From Pyrobaculum sp. (GTDB lineage: Archaea > Thermoproteota > Thermoprotei > Thermoproteales > Thermoproteaceae): 38,324 bases of DNA. Shown in pieces: positions 9,207 through 15,785 of the stretch (positions are counted from its first letter, which is position 1; each line of letters begins with the position of its first letter). Position numbers and translations under genes: made by a program. The notes below the pieces were generated by a model. It was given only the letters and a program-made list of their open reading frames with translations, ran no database searches and was not told the DNA's origin. The stretch is taken from positions 38,894-77,217 of the forward strand of contig JBKBOT010000005.1 in the NCBI GenBank assembly GCA_046293555.1, read 5' to 3'.

Positions 9207-10222
9207 AGCCATCTCAACGCCACGGCCCAGCTTACTGCCGCTATAGACAGGAGTAAAAGCCCACGCCACCCAAAGGCCAGAGTGTGGTCAAGCCGTAATA
9301 CAGGCATGACGGCTCTTAGGAATGTGAAGAAAAACATCAACACAAGCGTCTTGAAGAAAAGCCACATGGCTAGAGCCAGGTGGCCAAACATGTCTTGTGG
9401 CCACGGCCCAACCGCGAGACCTGGGAGGTTCCAGCCGCCGAGAAATAGGAGAGAGGCGAGAAACGAGAAGGAAAAAGTGGCGTAGTAGGCGCCACCTGCA
9501 AAAGACAGAACTAAGAACACCCCGCCGTAATCGCTATATGGCCCCGTGGCCACATCTCCCTCATAATCTGCAATCTCAAAGGGAAATCTCGCCGTGGCCA
9601 TTGCGGCGGCTATTATAAACACCAAAAATGCCAACGGGTTTAACAACGCCCCCACGAAAGTTGACTGCTTCTCTACAATCTCCAGGGGGTTAAGTGTGCC
9701 GTAGGTAATCACTATGGCTAAAAAAGACAACAAGAGCGGCAGCTCGTAGGCAGCTACCAGCAACGCCTCACGTGTGGCGCCTATGTAGGCAAACTTGTTG
9801 TTTACAGACCAGCCGATTATCACTATCACTATAGATACTAGCAGCAGTATGACCAGCGAGAAGACAAGGCCGTAGGACAAGAGGGCTGGGTCTTTAATTA
9901 GCCTAAGCTCTGGCGTTAGAGGTAAGAGGAGAGAGGCGCCAAATGCCAAAGTGGTAAATATGGCGGGGCCCCACACAAATAAAAGCCTGTAGGCACCCCT
10001 TGGGACAATGGGCTCGCTTATTATAAACTTAAAGGCGTCTGCTAACAGCTGGAAGAACCCCCCAAGCCAGGGGGATACGTGGTAGGGACCTACTCTCATC
10101 TGCACCCTCGCCGCCGCCTTTCTTTCAAACCAAACTGCTGTAAGCAGGATGGCGCCAGAGCCTATAAACATCAATACGAAAAACCAGAGCCTGGGCGATA
10201 AGGAGAGGTCCCAGAGGTCCAT
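9194..10222 (-). CDS. nuoH: NADH-quinone oxidoreductase-like subunit H
   Basis: ERKAAARVQMRVGP, QLLADAFK, RFPFE, LRAVMPVLRLD. Confidence 0.93.
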   Translation of the reverse strand: MDLWDLSLSPRLWFFVLMFIGSGAILLTAVWFERKAAARVQMRVGPYHVSPWLGGFFQLLADAFKFIISEPIVPRGAYRLLFVWGPAIFTTLAFGASLLLPLTPELRLIKDPALLSYGLVFSLVILLLVSIVIVIIGWSVNNKFAYIGATREALLVAAYELPLLLSFLAIVITYGTLNPLEIVEKQSTFVGALLNPLAFLVFIIAAAMATARFPFEIADYEGDVATGPYSDYGGVFLVLSFAGGAYYATFSFSFLASLLFLGGWNLPGLAVGPWPQDMFGHLALAMWLFFKTLVLMFFFTFLRAVMPVLRLDHTLAFGWRGLLLLSIAAVSWAVALRWLWPL

Positions 10223-10240
10223 AGGTCTATTGAATCATAT

Positions 10241-11449
10241 TTATCTATCTTGCTCTGGTGGGAAATATCCAAAAGAGCCGTAGATGGCGGGGAGGTCCAT
10301 CAGCCGTGAGCCTATGAAGGCATGTAACATTGGCCTTAAGTTTTGCCAGCTTGGGGTAGAGATCCGTACCCGATATGGCTTTTCTGAGCCGTCGCCAAAG
10401 ACGTGGAAGTAATAACGCCCCCTGCCCCCCTCCGTAACGCCACCACCCTCGCCTTGGGGGAGCATGGTGGTAAACAAGGCGCCAAGTCTGATGTACTCGC
10501 CTGCTTTCTCTCTCTGTTTGGGCGGCAGTCTGTGAAGCGCCGCCTCGCCGACTAGGGGGCCTTCCCTCGGCGTCCTCTCTAGCGCCTGTCTGATAATCCT
10601 TATGCTTTGTGAGATCTCACATATTCTCACCATGGTGCGGGCTAGAGAGTCTCCAGCATCTTCTACACATATCTCCCACTCCAACTCGTCGTATATCCCA
10701 TATTTATACACCTTTCGTGCATCCCAATCTATGCCTGACCCCCTGGCGCCAGGCCCTGTGGCCATCAGCCTGGCGGCTTCCCCCCTGGTGAGTACGCCCA
10801 CCTCCCTGAGGCGGTAGAGCCCCACGGGGTTTTTTATCACCAGGCGGACAAACTCGTCTATTTTCTTCTCCAGATATTGCGTAAATCCCATAGTTTGTTC
10901 ATAAAAGGCGTTGGGAGGCGCTGTCCTCACGCCGCCTGGCAGAACCCACGTGGGCGTGGTCCTAGAGCCAGACGCCATAGCCCACAGCTGGACTAACAAC
11001 TCCCGCAGGCCGTAGCCCCACATAAACCCGGTGGAGGAACCTATCATTATGGCATGTAGACCTAAGTCGTAAAGATGTGTGGAGATACGGCTGAGTTCCG
11101 CCATGATTATTCTCAGATATTGAGCACGAGGGGAGACGTCAAGCTTGGCCAACTTCTCTATGGCCATGGCGTAGGCCCATGTGACGTTTATGGCGTCTGG
11201 TAGAGATAGCCGTTCAAACAGGGGGATGTTTTGAATCCAGTGTCTAGTCTCGCCTAGTTTCTCCATAGTGCGGTGGACATATCCAGGGTCTGGCGTCACG
11301 TTGACCACAATGTCGCCATCTAGCTCTACGATAAACCTGGTGTGGCCTGAAGACGGATGTTGGGGGCCCCAGAAGATATCTAACACGCGGCGGCTTTCGC
11401 CAAGTCTCTCTTCTTTCAAGACGATGCCATAATCCTCCTGCCGGGCCAT
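10241..11449 (-). CDS. nuoD: NADH-quinone oxidoreductase-like subunit D
   Basis: GPQHP, GYVHRTMEK, AQYLRIIMAELSRI, GPGARGSG, KPYRVRI, C-terminal DR. No NiFe CxxC pairs. Confidence 0.92.
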   Translation of the reverse strand: MARQEDYGIVLKEERLGESRRVLDIFWGPQHPSSGHTRFIVELDGDIVVNVTPDPGYVHRTMEKLGETRHWIQNIPLFERLSLPDAINVTWAYAMAIEKLAKLDVSPRAQYLRIIMAELSRISTHLYDLGLHAIMIGSSTGFMWGYGLRELLVQLWAMASGSRTTPTWVLPGGVRTAPPNAFYEQTMGFTQYLEKKIDEFVRLVIKNPVGLYRLREVGVLTRGEAARLMATGPGARGSGIDWDARKVYKYGIYDELEWEICVEDAGDSLARTMVRICEISQSIRIIRQALERTPREGPLVGEAALHRLPPKQREKAGEYIRLGALFTTMLPQGEGGGVTEGGRGRYYFHVFGDGSEKPYRVRISTPSWQNLRPMLHAFIGSRLMDLPAIYGSFGYFPPEQDR

Positions 11450-11479
11450 AATGTAAATAGTTTATGTATTTAACAGTCT

Positions 11480-12436
11480 ATGTTTACAGCCTTCGTTCTG
11501 GCCTACGAGGTGGCACATCTGGCAAAAGAAGTTCTTACCCGCATGCCGACAGGGAGGCAGTGCCGCCCTGTGGTGGCCATGCCCACAAGAGGCGCCAAGA
11601 CGCTGGAGGCATTTCGAGGCTATGTGGACTATGTGGTAGTAGACAACAGAGATGACGCCAGGAGGGCAGAGGCCGCGGGGCTTCGGTGGGTTTTAAATAG
11701 GTACTCGGGCAAGTCCGGCGCCTTGGCCACAGTCCTCGAGGCTATAGATGCAGACGCCTACGTGTTTATTGACGACGATGCGATCCCCGGGCCCTGGATA
11801 GAGGCGTTGAAGAGAGCTGGATGTGCCGGCTTCGCCACGGCGTATAGATGGGTTCTAGACCCCCTACAGAACGCCTTCTCGCTGGGGGGTCTCGACTGGA
11901 TGGCGTGGAGGCCCACCCGTTTTCTATATGGAGGCGCCATGGCGGTGCCGGCCGGCAAGAGGAGGGAGGCTGTGGAGGCCCTGCTGAGTTGCCCCATAGA
12001 CGACATGGCCTTAACCTCCATTGCCGACAGGATTGAGGTAATTCCCCTCCTGGTCCCCATGAGGGGGGCGGAGAACGCCGTGGAGTTTTTTTTCAGGCAG
12101 GCCATGGCTGCAAAGCTTGGGAATCGCCTCCTGTGGGCTGTGGAGCTGGTGTATTACTCCCTCTGGACTATAGCCGCCCTGTTGTTTCCACCTCTCTTCT
12201 TGATACATGCCGTGAGGACTGCAGTCCGCTCGCGTAGAGCCCTAGGGCGGGTGGACTGGAGGCAGATAGCCCTCTCGCCGCTTGAACGGCCTCTACAGGC
12301 GTTGGTCTTTATAGCCTCGGCGTTTAGGAGGTGTTTCTGGTGGAGAGGCCGACTGTTGTGTAACAATTTTAAAACAGATTCCACACCACTTTCGTGTTAC
12401 AGGAGAGGAGGGCAGAGAGGCCGGAAAGGGGGGTAG
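11480..12436 (+). CDS. Membrane glycosyltransferase family 2 (GT2/GT21-like)
   Basis: GKSGAL, DxD motif 'FIDDD', 'GGAMA', 'IDDMAL', 'RQ' motif, C-terminal TM helices and WRGR. The low-complexity tail overlaps folE. Confidence 0.75.
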   Translation: MFTAFVLAYEVAHLAKEVLTRMPTGRQCRPVVAMPTRGAKTLEAFRGYVDYVVVDNRDDARRAEAAGLRWVLNRYSGKSGALATVLEAIDADAYVFIDDDAIPGPWIEALKRAGCAGFATAYRWVLDPLQNAFSLGGLDWMAWRPTRFLYGGAMAVPAGKRREAVEALLSCPIDDMALTSIADRIEVIPLLVPMRGAENAVEFFFRQAMAAKLGNRLLWAVELVYYSLWTIAALLFPPLFLIHAVRTAVRSRRALGRVDWRQIALSPLERPLQALVFIASAFRRCFWWRGRLLCNNFKTDSTPLSCYRRGGQRGRKGG

Positions 12437-12951
12437 AGCTGTTGTTAAAACATCTTGGCGAGGACCCCGCCAGGCCGGGCCTAGCCGATACCCCCCGCCG
12501 TTTTGTAAGAGCTATGGAAGAACTCACGCGGGGGCTGAGAGAGCCGCCGCCAGAGGTTATCTTCTTTCCGCTAGAGTACGAGGCGGAGGTGGGGCCCGTG
12601 GTGGTGGAAAACATCGGCGCCGTGTCGATCTGCGAGCACCACCTACTGCCCATACTCCTGAAGGTATCTGTGGCGTATATCCCAGGCGGGGGGGTGCCGG
12701 GGCTCAGCAAGGTGATCAAATTGGTGAAATGGGCCGCGGCGAGGCCCATAATGCAGGAACGTTTCACCGAGTGGCTTGCCGACCTGTTGATAGAGAAGTT
12801 AAAAGCCAGGGCGGTGTATGTAAAGATATGTGGCGTGCATATGTGTTCATACATCAGGGGGGCTAGAGACGAACATCACAACATGGTGACAGAGGCCAGA
12901 CGCGGCGAAGTTAACGTGAGGCTTAGATGTAGGCGGCCTATGTGTAAATGA
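12394..12951 (+). CDS. folE: GTP cyclohydrolase I (FolE, type IA)
   Basis: GEDPARPGLADTPRR, CEHHLLP, GLSK, QER, HMC...RG zinc ligands. Confidence 0.93.
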   Translation: MLQERRAERPERGVELLLKHLGEDPARPGLADTPRRFVRAMEELTRGLREPPPEVIFFPLEYEAEVGPVVVENIGAVSICEHHLLPILLKVSVAYIPGGGVPGLSKVIKLVKWAAARPIMQERFTEWLADLLIEKLKARAVYVKICGVHMCSYIRGARDEHHNMVTEARRGEVNVRLRCRRPMCK

Positions 12952-13622
12952 GAATACTCGTCACGGGGGCTAGTGGCGGCATTGGGGGGGCTTTGGTGGA
13001 AATCGCAAAGAGCAGGGGAAACCACACAGTGGGCATATCTAGGACTGTTTCTAAGACTCATCTCCACTACAAATGCGACGTGTTAGATCTCCCTTGCCTA
13101 AAGGCCGCCGCCCGTGAGGTGGGGGGAATTGACGGCATCGCCTTGCTTCACGGCCATGGTGACGGAGGCTTGTGGAACCGGAAGATAGAAGAGCTTGAAG
13201 AGAGGGATTTTCTAGAGGTGTTTAGAGTAGACGTGGTGGGGAGTTTTAACGTAGTTAAGGCCTTTCTCCACAACTTAACTCCACGCGCCTCTATTGTGCT
13301 TACTGCCTCCACCCCGGCCCTTATTGGCGACACATATGGCATCCCATACGCCGCGGCGAAAGGCGCCCTCATGGCGCTAGCTAGAAGTATGGCGAAGGCT
13401 CTCGCCCCCATTCGCGTCAACGCCGTGGCTTTCGGCCCCGTGGCCACAAGATGGGTAGAGTGGATTTCAGAAGGCGAGCTGGAGGCCTTTAGAGAGAGGA
13501 CAGTGTTAAAGAGGTTGGCCACCCCCAGGGAGGCAGCTGAGGCTATCTACTGGCTTTTATCTCCAGCTTCTAGCTATGTGACAGGCCACGTGCTTGTAGT
13601 CGACGGAGGAGAGTCGCTATAG
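12948..13622 (+). CDS. Short-chain dehydrogenase/reductase
   Basis: TGASGGIG, catalytic YAAAK, IRVNAV, YVTG..L.VDGG. ATGA overlap with folE. Confidence 0.9.
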   Translation: MRILVTGASGGIGGALVEIAKSRGNHTVGISRTVSKTHLHYKCDVLDLPCLKAAAREVGGIDGIALLHGHGDGGLWNRKIEELEERDFLEVFRVDVVGSFNVVKAFLHNLTPRASIVLTASTPALIGDTYGIPYAAAKGALMALARSMAKALAPIRVNAVAFGPVATRWVEWISEGELEAFRERTVLKRLATPREAAEAIYWLLSPASSYVTGHVLVVDGGESL

Positions 13623-14778
13623 CCGCGGCCGCCAGAGCAACTGCAATTGGGATGTAAGGAGTCACGCCGTGTCCCTGGGGGTGTGGCGGCGTTGCGGAGA
13701 TGTGGACAACCTCGCCTGGTTTGAGCTCTACTAGATATGTCACGTTGCCGCTGCCGAAATCTACCACCACGTGGTAAAGGCCGGGGGGTAGCTCCACCCT
13801 TTTGGGCATATAGTCCACAACTGTGTGGTTTCCAGATATGTAGACCCTTCTTGGCGGCCGGCTATAGCTTAGCTCTAGGTAGGCATTAGTCAGGTTTATA
13901 TATAACGTCTCCACTGGGCGGACTGGGGTGTATACAAGACGTCTCTCCACATGGTTTGTATAGAGCAGCAGGTATTCCAGTCCAGACAAGACCCAGAGCT
14001 GTGCGACGCCTTTAAACCTCCTTCCTGCCGCTGAGATTGTCCAGTCGTATCTCACAACGCCGAAGGAGTCCAACAGTATTACCGTAAGGCGGGTGGCGTT
14101 TACATGTAGCGTCTTTTGGCAGTAGTCAGCCGGGTTAAACACAAAACTATAAGACGTGCCGTTTGGCAAAACCACGTCTGTATACGCCACCGCTGGGGGG
14201 TCTCCGGCAATTAGATAAAACGTGGCGTTACCTACCCACCTCCTCTCCCCCCATAACACCGCCCGAACTGGCTCCGCTATCTTGACGTCACAACGCCTCA
14301 CTACCCCCGCCTTTTCTAGGTCTACCTCTAGGTTAAACAACGTGGTTTTTACCGTGGCGTTAACCACACGCCCATCTACCCTCTCGAGTTTGATCTCCAC
14401 CTCGTAGTTCACATTGCCGACGGGGAAGCCGCTGTCGTTAAATCTCAGCTCTACGTCTCTATATGTGCCGTTGAGAAATTTTACCATCTTGACAACAAGC
14501 CGCCCGTCGGCTTCTAGCGGATATATCTTAACCTCCAGCGGGTGTATCAAGGCGACTTCACGCCCGGCGGCATATGTACGCCAGGCCAACACGCCGTTTA
14601 TATAGACTTCCATCCAGCCTTGTGGAACTTCAGCCACCCCACTTTTGTTTGTAACCACACAGACTCTCTCTACACAGATAGTGGCGTTAGAGATCGGGAA
14701 GCCAAGCCAGTCTTTTACCTCTACTACAGCTGCCGTGGCTATAGTTGCCAATAGTAAGAAGGCCGCTAGCCATTTCAC
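13570..14778 (-). CDS. Secreted, C-terminally anchored cell-surface glycoprotein (beta-rich)
   Basis: Signal peptide MKWLAAFLLLATIATAA, 11 N-x-S/T sequons, Pro/His linker, TM helix followed by RR. Confidence 0.75.
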   Translation of the reverse strand: MKWLAAFLLLATIATAAVVEVKDWLGFPISNATICVERVCVVTNKSGVAEVPQGWMEVYINGVLAWRTYAAGREVALIHPLEVKIYPLEADGRLVVKMVKFLNGTYRDVELRFNDSGFPVGNVNYEVEIKLERVDGRVVNATVKTTLFNLEVDLEKAGVVRRCDVKIAEPVRAVLWGERRWVGNATFYLIAGDPPAVAYTDVVLPNGTSYSFVFNPADYCQKTLHVNATRLTVILLDSFGVVRYDWTISAAGRRFKGVAQLWVLSGLEYLLLYTNHVERRLVYTPVRPVETLYINLTNAYLELSYSRPPRRVYISGNHTVVDYMPKRVELPPGLYHVVVDFGSGNVTYLVELKPGEVVHISATPPHPQGHGVTPYIPIAVALAAAAIATLLRRLQARGLSHS

Positions 14779-14937
14779 AAGCTGAGTCTTAAATCCCTAT
14801 AAATCTATATTCACTACAAAAATGTCGCCACTGGTTTATATGAACTCCACAAAATATTTATATATTTACAATGCTCGAGCTAGTGCACTAACTCTTCAAA
14901 AGTTTTGCTTGGTTTCTTTAAATTAACTTAGTATAAT

Positions 14938-14974
14938 AATTACATGCTTGTAATTTAGCGATATATTTAAATAT
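14938..14974 (+). promoter_or_regulatory. Lrp-gene promoter: AATTACA-N4-TGTAATT inverted repeat followed by a palindromic TATA (ATATTTAAATAT)
   Basis: Arms at 14938-14944 and 14949-14955. Perfect 12-bp palindrome 14963-14974 contains TTTAAATA about 21 nt before ATG 14995. Confidence 0.55.
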
Positions 14975-14994
14975 CTCAAATTCTCTTGATTATT

Positions 14995-15465
14995 ATGACA
15001 GAGGAAAGTAAGTTAACAGACCGTCAGTACCAGTTACTTAACCACTTGCTACAGAGGGCGCAGCCTATGAGGGTCTACACGGTCTATGGCGACCAGGACG
15101 AGATAGCCCGAGAGCTGGGCATGACGCGGCAGGCTCTGGCAATACATCTAAAGAGGCTGAAAGAACTCGGCCTTGTGAGAACTGGCCGCGAGTTTGTAGA
15201 CATAACTGAAAAGGCGGTAAGGTTGTTAAAGGGGCAGTCTAACGAGGTGATTATACTTGTAAAGGTGGAGCCAAAATACCGGGAGAAGGCATATGAAGCC
15301 ACCAGAAAGCTGCCTGTCGAGAAAGCCTTGCGGCTAGCTGGAGATTACGACCTGGCTGTAATAACACAAGAGACCGTGTTAGACAAGGTGTTAGACTCTA
15401 TAAACAACATGGAGGGAGTAAGAGAGACCAAGACTTTTATCTCTATAGGCGCCATAAAAGAGTAG
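14995..15465 (+). CDS. Lrp/AsnC-family transcriptional regulator
   Basis: wHTH 'QDEIARELGMTRQALAIHLKRLKELGLV' plus RAM domain 'LAGDYDL...EGVRETKTFI'. ATG at 14995. Confidence 0.85.
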   Translation: MTEESKLTDRQYQLLNHLLQRAQPMRVYTVYGDQDEIARELGMTRQALAIHLKRLKELGLVRTGREFVDITEKAVRLLKGQSNEVIILVKVEPKYREKAYEATRKLPVEKALRLAGDYDLAVITQETVLDKVLDSINNMEGVRETKTFISIGAIKE

Positions 15466-15767
15466 TGACAACTCTAGGTTTTTCACAATACGCCGGTGAG
15501 GCCTTGGCGGAAGCCAGACGTTGTGTATTTTGTGGTTTTTGTGAATCTGTGTGCCCCACATATCTGGCTGAGAGAGATAGGAGATATGGCCCCCGGGGGA
15601 GACTCCAGCTGTCTACATATGTCCTCAACGGCGCCAAGGGGGCGGTTCTCTACGACTCTTTTTTTACCTGTCTTAACTGTAGGGCGTGTGAGCTCATATG
15701 TCCAGCCGGCATTAAGATTGTAAATGTGATAAAAGTCGCCAGAGCCATCTTGTCAAGATATTTATAA
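15465..15767 (+). CDS. 4Fe-4S dicluster protein (GlcF/HdrD N-terminal-like)
   Basis: CVFCGFCESVCPT...GPRGR...CLNCRACELICPAGI. TAGTG overlap with the Lrp gene. Confidence 0.85.
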   Translation: MTTLGFSQYAGEALAEARRCVFCGFCESVCPTYLAERDRRYGPRGRLQLSTYVLNGAKGAVLYDSFFTCLNCRACELICPAGIKIVNVIKVARAILSRYL

Positions 15768-15785
15768 TGAATATCACTGAGCGTC

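Noticed and set aside
10241-11449. Group 4 [NiFe]-hydrogenase large subunit interpretation
   Set aside because: Both CxxC metal-binding motifs are absent.
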